Shown here piece after piece: positions 1-13,421 of a stretch of DNA of 64,000 bases (its first letter is position 1; every line of letters begins with the position of its first letter). The notes beneath the pieces were generated by a model, which did no database searches, was not told where the DNA came from, and saw only the letters and a list, made by a program, of their open reading frames with translations. Source of the DNA: Octopus vulgaris (Eukaryota); contig OX597839.1 of NCBI GenBank assembly GCA_951406725.2, forward strand, positions 3,162,001 to 3,226,000, given 5' to 3'. The position numbers and the translations under genes are program-made.

Positions 1-388
1 TTCTACTATCGGCACAAGTTCCGAATTTCTTGGGGAGAGACCATTCGATTAGATCAACCCCAGTACGCAACTGGTACTTAATTTATCGACCCCGAAAAGA
101 AGCAAAGTCGACCTCGGCGGAATTTGAACTCAGAACGTAGCGGCAGACGAAATACCTATTTCTTTATTACCCACAAGGGGCTAAACATAGAGAGAACAAA
201 CAAGGACAGACAAACGGATTAAGTCGATTATATCGACCCCAGTGCGTAACTGGTACTTAATTTTATCGACCCCGAAAGGATGAAAGGCAAAGTCGACCTC
301 GGCGGAATTTGAACTCAGAACGTAGCGGCAGACGAAATACCGCTAAGCATTTCGCCCGGTGTGCTAACGATTCTGCCAGCTCACAGCC
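1..388 (-). mobile_element. Two tandem copies of tRNA-derived SINE family A
   Basis: Reverse complement of the shared core GAGTTCAAATTCCGCCGAGGTCGACTTTGCCTTTCATCCTTTCGGGGTCGATAAA, with a box-B-like GAGTTCAAA. The central domain resembles the Meta-SINE domain (from memory). Confidence 0.8.
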
Positions 389-406
389 TCATAATAATAA
401 TAGCAA

Positions 407-440
407 CTAGCTGAACCCGTGAAAAATTCACGGAAAACAC
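407..440 (-). mobile_element. Helitron-type 3' terminus
   Basis: Reverse complement: CCGTGAA-tt-TTCACGG hairpin followed by gttcagCTAG|T. Confidence 0.5.
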
Positions 441-747
441 TAAAAATGTAAGCATCTGTAAACAGTGTACTGGTGCCATGAGAAATGTTTGTATATTATA
501 ACCGTCAGTCTTTACATTCTGAGTTCAAATTCTGCCGAGGTCGACTTTGCCGTTCGTCCTTTGGAGTCGATAAATTAAATAACAGTTGTGTACTGGGGTC
601 GATCTAATTAACTAGCCCACTGCTCACAAAATTTCAGGCCTAGAAAAGTATATTGTGACAGTTACAGAATATAGAAAGTAATGTAACACTAATGACTGTG
701 TAATCCAAACAAAATATGTTACACCAACGTAAACGGAATTACCATTT

Positions 748-1136
748 GGATGGAAGCACTCCGTCGGTTACGACGACGAGGGTTCCGGTTGATCCGAATC
801 AACGGAACAGCCTGCTCGTGAAATTAACGTGTAAGTGGCTGAGCACTCCACAGACACGTGTACCCTTAACGTAGTTCCCGGGGATATTCAGCGTGACACA
901 GAGAGTGACAAGGCCGGCCCTTTGAAATATAGGTACAACAGAAACAGGAAGTAAGAGTGAGAGAAAGTTGTGGTGAAAGAGTACAGCAGGGTTCATCACC
1001 ATCCCCTGCCGGAGCCTCTTGGAACTTTAGGTGTTTTCGCTCAATAAACACTCACAGCGCCCAGTCTGGGAATCGAAACCGCGATCCTATGACCGCGAGT
1101 CCGCTGCCCTAACCATTGGGCCATTGCGCCTCCACA
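748..1136 (-). mobile_element. Full-length tRNA-derived SINE family C with 13-bp TSD
   Basis: Head GGCGCAATGGCCCAATGGTTAGGGCAGCGG...GGTTTCGATTCCC. GGAATTACCATTT occurs at both 735-747 and 1137-1149. Confidence 0.9.
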
Positions 1137-1488
1137 GGAATTACCATTTAACCTTATTCGAAGAACCTTCTTGGTTTAGTGATACGGAACGTTTTTTCTG
1201 GTATTCTTTTATTCTTTTACTTGTTTCAGTCATTTGACAACGGCCATGCTAGAGCATCACCCTTTAGTCGAAGAAATTGACCCCTGGACTTATTCCCTGT
1301 AAGCCTGGTGCTTATTCTATCAGTCTTTTGTGCTGAACAGCTAAATTACAAAGACGCAAACGCACCACCATTGGTGTGGAGCAACGGTGATGGTGGGACA
1401 AACACAGACACAAACACACATACATACATACGTACATAAATACATACATACATACACACATACATAAATACATACATACATACATACA

Positions 1489-1524
<36 letters not shown>

Positions 1525-1538
1525 TATGCGTAAATTAA

Positions 1539-2117
1539 CTCACTGGGAGGGAGCAACTTCACATTATCACCTTCTTTTTTTAGTAGTCCTTGGAATTTCT
1601 TTAAATCTTCCTTCATTATTACAATGTTTTTACAGGAGCGAGTTGCTGCACTCGCAAAATTAATTTTTGACTTTTCCTCTTGTTTAGCCTCGCTAGACAT
1701 CTTGTCGTCTGCCTTTGTAACGAGCGCGTGCGACGCCTCTATACTTTTACCTTTCTCCTCCCTCATTTCGTCTCTACGTCTTCACACAAAATTTCGAAGT
1801 TTTCCTCGGACTCGGAAGAAATTGGTGGCAAATTCATGTTTTTCGCCGCTTCCCCCTTGAAACAAGGGGGCAACAACAGCAAAACTCTGCTGCAACAGCA
1901 GAAAAGAAGTGGTCTTCAAGACCAAAACAGCAAATTTTCACAATTTTCAGCACAAAAACAATCTTTCACTGCGGAGCAAAGAATAACACGACCGATAACG
2001 AGTGAAAGAGAGAGAGTCAAACACATAAAGAGAGAGAGGCAGACAGCAGGTGTCAGATAGTTCACAGTGAAGTTTTCACACCTCCCTCTCTCTCCCTCTC
2101 TCTCTCTCTCTCTCTCA

Positions 2118-2163
<46 letters not shown>

Positions 2164-2581
2164 CTTGCTTTGCCACTAACTGGAATTGTTTTTCGGTCGT
2201 GTTATTCTTTGCTCCACTGTGAAAGATTGTTTTTGTGCTGAAGATTGTAAAAATTTACCGTTTTGGTCGTCGAGACCACTTCTTTTCTGCTGTTACAACA
2301 GAATTTTATCACATGATTTTATCACCAATTTCTTCGGCGTCAGAGGAAAACATCGAGAATTCGTTTCAAGGCATAGAGAGGACTATGAGGGAGGAGAGCG
2401 GTAAAGATATAGAGGCGTCGCACGCGCTCGCTACGAAGGCAGACGATAAAATGTCTAGCGAGGCTAGACATTTTATCGTCTGAGAAAATATTCAAATAAA
2501 CAAGGACGATTTTTAAAAAAAATCAAAGTTTACTGCAAAAAGAAGGTGAAAATGTGAAGTTGCCCCCCCCCCGCCAGTGAA
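1539..2581. mobile_element. Fold-back MITE with about 450-bp diverged TIRs and TTAA flanks (piggyBac-like)
   Basis: 1539-~1998 is the diverged reverse complement of ~2190-2581. TTAA at 1535-1538 and 2582-2585. Ends are CTCACTGG / CCAGTGAA. Confidence 0.75.
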
Positions 2582-2908
2582 TTAATCAACACGACAGAGA
2601 GAAAAAAACACTGCTAGAAAAGGTGGACCCAGTGCTGTGCAACATTTTATCAACTCCAAACGGGAACTTCTTGGGCTCTTGGAGCATTTGCATGGACTTA
2701 CTGAGTTCATACAATTTGGTCCGAAGTTGATTTCCACCATATACATATATATGTGTGTATGTGTTTGAGAGAGAGAGAGAGAGAGAGGGGGGGGTGAGTA
2801 TGTATAAATGTACATATAGATACATATATATATACATACACATATAACTATACACCTATACATATGTATGTATATATATACACGTATATGTATATACACA
2901 TATACCTA

Positions 2909-2962
<54 letters not shown>

Positions 2963-3416
2963 CATTTGTCTATACTAGTGATTGAAGAAATGGTGTGCAT
3001 GTGCGTCTGAATGTACACACACGTGTCGGTGCGAGTTCGCGCGCGTATGTATTCGTGTATATGTTTTTTTTTAAATCAAATTTGTTATGTATTTCTTTAT
3101 TTTATTATTAACACATGTCTATCATGGAAGCCGTATACAAATCTGCATTGTTTCCCATCTAATCAATGAGGAAAATTACGCTTTGATCTAATTACAAAGT
3201 TGACACCTCTCATTTGCAATGTCTGTTTTGTATTCTGACATGAAATAACAATAACAACAAAAAAAAACATTAAAATATATACATAAAACCTGCTCTTTTT
3301 GTTTGTACTGTTAGATGTTGTTATTGAAAGTTGAGGAAATGCTTGGATAAGCATTAATTCAGTTTATTTCGCGTTTGTGACATACGCGAATCCGCAGACT
3401 TAATCTGTTGTCTGAG

Positions 3417-3425
3417 ATGAGGATG

Positions 3426-3511
<86 letters not shown>

Positions 3512-3540
3512 AAGAAGAAGAAGAAGAAGAACAAGAAGAA

Positions 3541-3575
<35 letters not shown>

Positions 3576-3725
3576 AGGACAACAACAACAACAACAACAA
3601 CATCATAGAAACCAAAAACAACAGCAACAATAACATCATCAACAACAGCAACAACAACAACAACAATAATAATAATAATAATAATAACAATAATAATAAT
3701 AATAATAATGATAACAACAACAACA

Positions 3726-3791
<66 letters not shown>

Positions 3792-3862
3792 GGATGAGGA
3801 TGATAGGATGAGGATGAGGATGAGGATGATGATGGTGATGATGATGATGAGGATGATGATGA
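3417..3862. repeat. Compound trinucleotide microsatellite (AAT/AAG/AAC/GAT)
   Basis: Seen directly. Confidence 0.95.
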
Positions 3863-4169
3863 TAAGACATTGAGGACTATATCAAAAGACTAAATACAAT
3901 AGAGAAGGATGTGGAGATTATGTCGAACAAATGAGAAACAGCAGCAATAAAGATGTAAGAAACAGCACGAAAATAGAATTAACACAATAAATAATTAAAT
4001 AAATAAATAAATAAACAAGCAAACAAAAAAAAAGGAATGAATGAATAAATAAACACAATCTCCCGTAGTGGGGCAGTTCACCAAGAGTAATTGCACAAAA
4101 TATCCCGGATTATCTGCCATCTCGAATGTATGGGAAGTGCCGTCTTTCAGTTTCTGTTCAACTTCTGCT

Positions 4170-4390
4170 TTGAAGAAAATTCTCACAGTAGGCCGCCCAT
4201 TTACCCGCACCAATCTTGTGACTCTTATCCACCTTTCGATAAACTCACTAGGGGTCACCACCTCTCTCTTTAACCTCTCCTTCCTCTTCGAGTGATATTT
4301 GAAGAAATTGTTGCGAGCTTGTCCAGATTGCTAAGCACCTATTCTTGAAACCTTTACGTATACACGCAGCACACCGACACACAGTCGCTA
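4170..4390 (-). mobile_element. Probable Tx1/L1-clade LINE ORF2 C-terminal fragment
   Basis: SGQARNNFFKYHSKRKERLKREVVTPSEFIERWIRVTRLVRVNG resembles Tx1-like ORF2 ends (recalled similarity). Confidence 0.5.
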
Positions 4391-4574
4391 ATCAGAGAAA
4401 GAATCTGCTTCCCTTGTACCGATCTCTACAATACATTATGTATGTATACACGCACATATATGTATGTATGTATGTATCACCGTCCAGATTATCAGATGTT
4501 GCTACACATCGCTGGTCACAATGCGGTTCGCATTGTTTTAGCCTTTAAATGACGCCATCCCGCTGGCGAAGCGA

Positions 4575-4772
4575 GCAGGCCAACAGAAGAAAGAGTGAGA
4601 GAAAGTTGTGACGAAAGCGTACAGCAGGGATCTCCACCACCCCATGCAGAAGCCTCGTGGAGGTTTAGGTGCTTTCGCTCAATAAACACTCACAACGCTC
4701 GGTCTGGGAATCGAAACCGCGATCCTACGACCGCGAGTCCGCTACCCTAACCACTGGGCCATTGCGCCTCCA
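4575..4772 (-). mobile_element. SINE family C, 5' part
   Basis: Closely matches 950-1135. Confidence 0.85.
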
Positions 4773-4896
4773 CACACACACACATATATATACCGCATCA
4801 GTGGTCCTTTGTTTTCTTCTTTCTTATCTGTGTCTCTCCTTACTAACCGTCAGCCATACATACATACATACACAAATAAGAAAGAAGAAAACAAAG

Positions 4897-4940
4897 GACC
4901 ACTGATGCGGTCACAGGAGTGTGACGAAAGAACTCTGGCC
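4897..4940 (+). ncRNA. Minimal type-I hammerhead-like motif (A9C core variant)
   Basis: cca CTGATGC g GTCAC-aggagt-GTGAC GAA AGAACT C tgg. Stem I cca/tgg, 5-bp stem II. Core differs from CUGANGA at position 9. Confidence 0.5.
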
Positions 4941-5115
4941 GAAATAAGATTAAGATTAATGTAAAAAATAAATAACAATGAAGCAAAATAACACCAAATA
5001 TATAGTGCGTGTGTTTTTATTGGCTAAACTGGCAAAATGACCATTCCGAAATATAACAATATCTGTTTCAACACACGACTTCACATAAAAAATCTTGCAC
5101 AACAAATATTTAAAC

Positions 5116-5152
<37 letters not shown>

Positions 5153-5155
<3 letters not shown>

Positions 5156-5545
5156 CATCATTGCTCATGTGAACCCCTAGGTCACGCAATGACTCTGACT
5201 CTGGGACTCTAGTGCATTCCGATTTTAGCCTCGTGTTGGGCCGATAAAGGAGTGTCTGAAATTTCATAGCATTGAACTGCATGTAAGTTTTGTTTGTCCA
5301 TTTGTGTATTTCATTCAGGTCTCTCTGCAGTTTTACGATGTCCTTCGGGTTCCTAACTGCCTGTGATACTTTTGTGTCGTCAGCATAACTGGTCAGATTG
5401 GCTGGCTGTACCGCGGAAGGCCTCTCTGAATAGTAGTGGCCCCAGTACCTGTAGGACTCCGCTGAGAATTGGTGTCTCTTCAAAGTGAGCACCATTGGCT
5501 GCAACTGTTTGATCCCTTCAGAAAGTCATGCAACCACTCTCCCTG
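5153..5545 (-). mobile_element. CR1/L2-group LINE reverse transcriptase fragment
   Basis: YADDTK...LQRDL..IHKW...MQFNAMKFQ...SLRDLGVHMSND are the RT motif 5 and thumb motifs. Confidence 0.85.
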
Positions 5546-5559
5546 TTTCCTAGTAATAC

Positions 5560-5702
5560 CTATTTCTTTACTACCCACAAGGGGCTAAAACATAGAGAGG
5601 ACAAACAAGGACAGACGGATTAAGTCGATTATATCGACCCCAGTGCATAACTGGTACTTAATTTATCGACTCCGAAAGGATGAAAGGCAAAGTCGGCCTC
5701 GG
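5560..5702 (-). mobile_element. SINE family A, 3' part
   Basis: Matches the family core and tail. Confidence 0.85.
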
Positions 5703-6358
5703 TGTTTCAGGATTAAAATTTCACTTGGCTCTTAGAGCGTTGTATGGGTTTCATATGAAAATTACATTACTAAAATTGACGTACTCAGTCAGTTTCACAA
5801 CGATAGGAAATGACGGATGTTCAAAAGTTTGATTAATTAATATATGATATAGATTTGAAAGTTCAGTAGGTTTCAATGTAATTAACTTACTGCTTGGAAA
5901 ACGATTAAACTCTCAAATTTCTATCGTGTTCTATTGTTATGAAATTTATCCAACGTTTGAACTCTGGTTATTTCCTATTGCTGCGAAACTTATGGAACAA
6001 TTGACTTTATAAGCATGCTTTATAGCAATAGAATTTTCTCCTGTGCATGCAGCTTCTGTTAAAGTTTTATCTGTTTTATTTACCAATGATAAATAAAACA
6101 CGACCTGCCAAAAAGTCGTTGAAACTGGTATGCGATTTTGACATTTTAAAAAAAAACGAAACAAGAGGCAATACAATTCGTTTTGCTATCTATTTGTATT
6201 TTCATCCACCCAATCAAACTTATCATCCTACTTTCATAGAAGTAAGTATGCATATATATATATATAGGGAGAGTTTACGAAAAAAAAAACAAAAGACGAA
6301 GACAGGTGGTGTACAAAACAAACAGATGTATTAGTATAACGCTCAGGAATAGAAAAGT

Positions 6359-6394
6359 CTTTTACGTTTCGAGCCTACGCTCTTCTACAGAAAG
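6359..6394 (-). ncRNA. Minimal hammerhead motif (CUGUAGA core), copy 1 of a tandem pair
   Basis: Reverse complement: cttt CTGTAGA a GAGC-gtag-GCTC GAA ACGT A aaag. Stem III is the palindrome ACGT. Confidence 0.65.
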
Positions 6395-6446
6395 GGACAC
6401 AGAAAAAACAAGGAGAGAATATATATATATGTATGTATGTATTTGC

Positions 6447-6524
<78 letters not shown>

Positions 6525-6614
6525 AGAGTTAACGAAAAAAAAACAAAAGACGAAGACAGGTGGTGTACAAAACAAACAGATGTATTAGTATAACGCTCAG
6601 GAATAGAAAAAGTA

Positions 6615-6649
6615 TTTTACGTTTCGAGCCGACGATCTTCTACAGAAAG
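6615..6649 (-). ncRNA. Minimal hammerhead motif, copy 2 of the tandem pair (stem II mutated)
   Basis: Same motif as 6359-6394 but with GATC in place of GAGC in stem II. Confidence 0.5.
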
Positions 6650-6673
6650 GGACACATAAAAAACAAGGAGAGA

Positions 6674-6708
<35 letters not shown>

Positions 6709-6753
6709 TGTATGTATGTATGTATGTATGTATGTATGTGTTTGCATATATAC

Positions 6754-6826
<73 letters not shown>

Positions 6827-6895
6827 TTAATCCAAACAAGAAAACACAGAAAAAAAGAGAAAAAAACAGCAACGCGAGGACGTGGAACAATTAAA

Positions 6896-6938
<43 letters not shown>

Positions 6939-7813
6939 TAGGTATGTATGTATACATACACACATATATGTATATATATTCTCTCTTCTCTCTGTCTTTT
7001 CTCATTCTGTATTTCTCTCGTTCACACATATTCTAGAAAGATTATAATGTTAAATTTTTGTAATTCAAATATATAAATGAAAATTTAAGTTATTTGGTAG
7101 CCGAAAGATTACTGGATTTTTGATACCGCATACGTCAAAATTAGCAACTTCCATTCATTCATTCTTCCTATCTATCTATCTTTACTTATTTATTCTTTCT
7201 TTCTTTCGGTCCTTCTTGCTTTCCTTCCTTCTTTATTTTTTTGCTTCGTTTTTTGCTTTTTCTTTCGTCCTTAACTTTTCTTTCTTTCATTCTTTCTTTT
7301 TTGTTTCATTCATTCTTTGTTTTTTTTTATTTTATTTCCTCCCTTCTTTCTTTCTTTTTCTCATTCACTCATTCTTTCTTTTGTTTCATTCCTCCATTCA
7401 GTCAATCTTTTATTCTTTGTATTTTCTTTCGTAAATTCTTTTATTCTTTGGTATTTTTTTGCTCCTTTTTTCATTTCGTTCCTTTATCCTCATGCTCTCT
7501 TTTATTCTTTGCTCTTTTTTCTTACCATTATTTGTTTGTTTCTTCCTTCATTTCTAGATTCTTTCTTTTCCTTCTATATTTCTGTCGACTCTGGTCAGTT
7601 TCAACCGGTTCTTTCTAGTCAGTTCTTGTAAAAGAAATCCCATCTTATTCCTTGTGAGATTAACAAATATGTTACGATTAGTGACAGGATTAACAGTGAG
7701 AATAATGACAGACGCATATGTATAAAACAATGATAAGCACGCCAGCAAAATATAATATAATATGATATAATACAATAAAATACATTATAATATGAAAGAT
7801 ATAATAGAATATA

Positions 7814-7886
<73 letters not shown>

Positions 7887-7989
7887 GCATATATATATAC
7901 ATATATATATATACATATATATACATATATATACATATATATACATATATACATACATATATATATATATATTATATATATATATATAT

Positions 7990-8024
<35 letters not shown>

Positions 8025-8989
8025 CATATATGTATACACATATATATACATATATATACACACAAATATATATATATACACACACACACATATATATATA
8101 TATACACACATTATATTAATACCACACATATACGTATGTCTTAATATATATACTTATACATACGTATATACATAATTATATACACGCAAATATCCAGTAC
8201 ATTTTATGGATACACACACACACACACATACGTACATACAAATATACATATATATATATATAATATGTACATAAATATGCACATATAATATAGATTAAAG
8301 ACATTTATGAATATATATTCATAAGTATACACGTGTATGTGAGTGTGTGAGCGCGCTTATGTATAGGCGCGCGCGTGTGTGTCTTGTGCATATATATATA
8401 TATATATATATATACATTAACTGTTGAACCAAGCAAAAGTACACCAGTCTAACAATTCCACCATTAGCATCATCAAACATTTTTATATACAAGAGGATTG
8501 TTGTAAATATTAGTATACGAATAATAGAGTCGCTGAATATCAGCTATATATATATATAGGGTATGTATGTATGTATGTATGTATGTATGTATGTATGTAT
8601 GTATGTATGTATGTATGTATGTATGTATGTATGGTGCTACACACCATACTAATCGTATCTGTCAGGCATGAGGAAGAGACAGTAATTCGGCAGGAAGACT
8701 TAAACGACATGCAAAGGTACATGAAGCCCAGTCACAACTACAGCCGGCTGTTGCTGGTAAAGGTTTTAGCTGCCAATTCTGTACAAGACATTGTAGATCT
8801 TTAGCTGGGCTAAAAAGTCACGTTCGATCACAGCACCAATAACAGTTAAGCTTCGTGCAATGGCCATACTCCATAACGAGGGGGCAGTCATAATGTATAT
8901 AAAAACTGATATTGATAGTGATAATAATAATGATTCATTCAATTGATGATATTTAATATCAGTTTAATTCCAACCTTGAATATCTATCA

Positions 8990-9117
<128 letters not shown>

Positions 9118-9300
9118 GGAGGAGAGAGAAAAATATAGAGAGAAGAGAGAGAGAGAATGCCAGAATAGTTGTGATGGGTAACAAAATGGAAAAATGTAAA
9201 TACAAATATGATTGTGAGAGAAGCATACTAAAAGAGAAAGTAGAAAAAGTGTGATATTATAGAATATCATATTTGTATTAACTATCCTACCATTTCCAGG

Positions 9301-9411
<111 letters not shown>

Positions 9412-9671
9412 GTCTTTTTTTTCCTCTCCCCTTTTCTTTTTTTCCCTCTCCCCACCTTTTTTTTAAAATCCTCCCCTTTTTTGTCCTCTTTCTTTCCTTT
9501 TACGATCCCTTTTGATCGAAAACCAACCCCCTTTTTTACCCCCAAAAGAAAAGTTCTACCTTGTAATTTGTTCTGTCTGTGTGCAGCCCTGTGTGGCTAA
9601 TAAAGAAACATATCTATCTATCTATCTGCCTGTCTATCTATCATTCCATGTATCCATCTATCCATCCATCC

Positions 9672-9730
<59 letters not shown>

Positions 9731-9754
9731 CATGTATCCATCTATCTATCTATC

Positions 9755-9811
<57 letters not shown>

Positions 9812-9971
9812 TAAATAAAATGAGACAACAAAGCCAGGGCAGAGTAAAATTTCTAGGACATTTATAAAGAGAAAGGTAGTCTTACAGCTGTTTCAATCTA
9901 ACTACGGTCCTTCCGTAGCACTTATATAGCCTTACCTGCCATTTCGGGTCTTCTGGATACCAAAATCTTTC

Positions 9972-10027
<56 letters not shown>

Positions 10028-10166
10028 AATTGTTCATTTTGAATTGATAAAAGGTGGGGTTTTTCTAATTTATATATATATATATATATTATATTTTGTG
10101 AAATTTGATTTAGTATTTCTAAATTGAATTTTTCCCTGTAAGTTAAGAATAATATTCCCTCACATT

Positions 10167-10237
<71 letters not shown>

Positions 10238-10241
10238 CATT

Positions 10242-10292
<51 letters not shown>

Positions 10293-10902
10293 CTCTCTCT
10301 ATATCTGTCTAATTGTGTTTCTCTCTGTCCCCCCTCTCTCTCTCTTTCATATATACCACTCCCGGTTCCTTTAAACAACATTGTAGACACATACTGTGTC
10401 TTTAATGAACGCAAATGAATTAAATTAAATAAATACGCGAATGATGGAACATATAAACATATAAACAACTAAATCAACTTAATCAGTATCATGTTTCTTC
10501 AGGTATTTGATCTGATCCGGCTTTATAAATGATAAATCACTCGACAATATTGAGATAGGAAGATATAATAGATACAAAAGACTTATTCTCCCCACCCCTC
10601 TCTTTCTTTCCTTCCTTCTTTCCTTCTTTCTTTCTCCTTATCTCCTCCCCATTTTCTACTACCTCTTTCAATATTATCGAACCGGTGTGAAGATACGTCG
10701 ATACGTCTGGATATTATGAACGCCAGAAAAATCGAATAGCACCGAATATACAGTACAATCGTATTGATATCTAATATAGACATATGATTTGAAAATTGGA
10801 GGGTACAGAATATCACATGGCAATTTAAAGTAGTCCGCACTCATACTTTATGAAATCGAGATGGAAGTAGCAGACTCCTCGTTTGTTTCATTCTTTGACT
10901 TA

Positions 10903-11165
10903 AGGCGGCGAGCTGGCAGTAACGTTAGCACGCCGGGCGAAATGCTTAGCAGTATTTCGTCTGCCGTTACGTTCTGAGTTCAAATTCCGCCGAGGTCGAC
11001 TTTGCCTTTCATCCGATAAATTAAGTACCAGTTACGCACTGAGGTCGATGTAATCGACTTAATCCCTTTGTCTGTCCTTGTTTGTCTTCTCTATGTTTAG
11101 CCCCTTGTGGGTAGTAAAGAAATAGATATTTCTTCTGTCTTTACGTTCTGAGCTCAAATTCCGCT
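10903..11165 (+). mobile_element. SINE family A, full length
   Basis: GGCGGCGAGCTGGCAG head through the AGCCCCTTGTGGGTAGTAAAGAAATAG tail. Confidence 0.9.
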
Positions 11166-11795
11166 ATGATAATAATACGGATGATCCCAAAGTATGCAGT
11201 CTTTAACTGTATTCATTGTTGTAATTAACGTTGTCTTTTTATTAGTGATTTCAAATTTTGGCACAAGGGCAGCAATTTCAGGCGAGAGGGTAAGTCATTT
11301 ACATTGACCCAACTGGAATTTATTTTATCGACCGCGAAAGGATGAAAGGCAAAGTTGACCACGCAGAATTTGAACTCAGAACGTGAAGACGGTCGAAATC
11401 CCGCTAAGCATTTTGCCCAGCGTGCTAACGATTCTGCCAGCTCGTTTTTCTAACTACAACCATGATAATACGGATGATCCCAAAATATGCAGGCTTTAAC
11501 TGTTTATTGTTGTAATTAACGCAGTCTTTTTTTTTTATCATGATTTCAAATTATGGCACAATGCCAACAATTTCATCGACGCCAGTACTCAACTGAAACT
11601 CATTTTATCGCCCACGAAAGGATGGAAGGCAAAGTTGACCACGGTAGAATTTGAACTCAGAGTGTGAAAACGGACGAAATGCTGTTAAGCGTTTTGCCCA
11701 GCGTGCTAATAATGATTCTAATTACTATGATAATAATTCAGATGGTCCCAAAGTATGCAGTCTTTAACCAGGTTTATTATTGCTATTAAGGTAGT
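11165..11795. repeat. Degenerate tandem array (about 270-295 bp units) carrying minus-strand SINE A copies
   Basis: ATGATAATA..GATG(A/G)TCCCAAA(G/A)TATGCAG recurs at about 11167, 11462 and 11728. Confidence 0.75.
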
Positions 11796-12392
11796 CTTTA
11801 TCTTTTACATTTATTTTTAACTGTTTTTTTTTTGTTACATGTTTTATGTGCTTATGTGAGAGTATGCATAGGTCATGTGTGTGTGTGCACATATGTAACC
11901 GAGATTTTTCCTCTCTTGTACTCGAAAATCCTTTCACTCGCTTCTAACAATAAACACTTGTATTCAGATGACACATCAGTGTTCTTTATAATATAAACAC
12001 TTCTCTAGTTCGTGTATTAACACCGGATTCAGAAATCCGGAAAAATATATCTCAATAAACACTGACAACTTAATTTCCTTCAACAGTACAATGGCGTAAT
12101 CATTACACTTGTCAAAGAACCACTTGTGAACTACTCTTTCTCTTTTGCTACGTCAAAAACAAACAAACAATTAGAACTCTTTAAGCTGGCACAAGGTCTC
12201 CTCATCGTAGATGGACTCTCAATGACAACACTCTTACATAATGTTCACGAAGAGAACAGCCGACTTGCTGAAAACATCAACTTAACCATCCTCAAACCGC
12301 ACCTACACTGACTTCCTTGATTATACACACACACATATATATATATATGTATATACATATGTATGCATATGCATTTATATATATATATATAG

Positions 12393-12468
<76 letters not shown>

Positions 12469-12514
12469 CGTTAGCCACTACACACATTTTTTTCTCTCCT
12501 TTTTTTTCTGTGTA

Positions 12515-12552
12515 TCTTTCTGTAGAAGAGCGTAGGCTCGAAACGTAAAAGA
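12515..12552 (+). ncRNA. Minimal hammerhead motif (CUGUAGA core)
   Basis: tcttt CTGTAGA a GAGC-gtag-GCTC GAA ACGT A aaaga. 5-bp stem I. Same element family as 6267-6680, opposite strand. Confidence 0.7.
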
Positions 12553-12920
12553 CTTTTTCTATTCCTGAGCGTTATACTAATACATCTGTTTGTTTTGTAC
12601 ACCACCTGTCTTCGTCTTTTGTTTTTTTTTTCGTAATCTCTCCCTATATATATATGTGTGTGAATGTGTGTGTGTATGTGTGTGTGTGAAAGCACATGTA
12701 TGTGTGTGTGTGTGCGTGTGTGTCTGTGTGCGAAGGAGCATGGCTCGCAATCGCGAGGTTGGTTCCCGTATGTATGTGTGTATACATACACACATACATA
12801 CATACATACAAACGTGTGTATACATGTGTGTATACATACACACATACATACATACATACATACAAACGTACATGCACACATACTGACAAACAGGCACATC
12901 TACATACATACATACATACA

Positions 12921-12956
<36 letters not shown>

Positions 12957-13421
12957 CATGTATACATGCATGCATGCATACATACCAACTATACCACATA
13001 TTTACAAACACCGGGAACTCTCTGGATGTCCTGTCGCTTTGTTAGCGACCGGCCTGAAGTCTCTCAAAAAGAACTTAAATAAAACTCAAAATAGAAATCA
13101 TCCACCTATCTATACATACATATCAATTAATATACACAGTATTTATATACGAGCTACTGTTATTTTCATGCTGTGGGAAGATAAATCGGCAGAGTTATAT
13201 ATCATGCCTGCTTGAGGCTCAAATACACAGCGTGGCTGGTCTTATGTAAAATAAATAAATAAAGAGAAAGGATGCTGGTCTATGAGAAGAGAAGAGAAAA
13301 GACGAGAGGAAGATGAATGCAAAATGTCGAATGAAAAGATGCGGAAGTACAAAAGTAAAAGCAAAGGAAAGAGGAAGAGATGAAAGAAGACCAAGAATAA
13401 CGTCTTCTTTTTCCGTCGAAA

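Larger units (their letters stand above)
6267..6790 (-). mobile_element. Tandem dimer (about 254-bp period) of a hammerhead-bearing short element
   Basis: AGGGAGAGTT...GGAGAGAATATAT unit at 6267 and 6521, each followed by (TATG)n/(TA)n. A third copy lies inverted at about 12485-12646. Confidence 0.85.

Noticed and set aside
1065-1135. tRNA-like sequence
   Set aside because: It is the head of a SINE with a TSD and multiple copies, not a tRNA gene.
3995-4261. Complex 88-aa ORF as a host exon
   Set aside because: It fits a LINE ORF2 C-terminus better, and no supporting exon chain was found.
8630-8804. Non-repetitive tail of ORF 8571-8804
   Set aside because: Short, with no recognisable domain or convincing splice structure.
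9879-9900. Reverse-complement GAAACAGCTGTA (palindromic stem III and cleavage site)
   Set aside because: No upstream CUGANGA found. At most a truncated 3' half.
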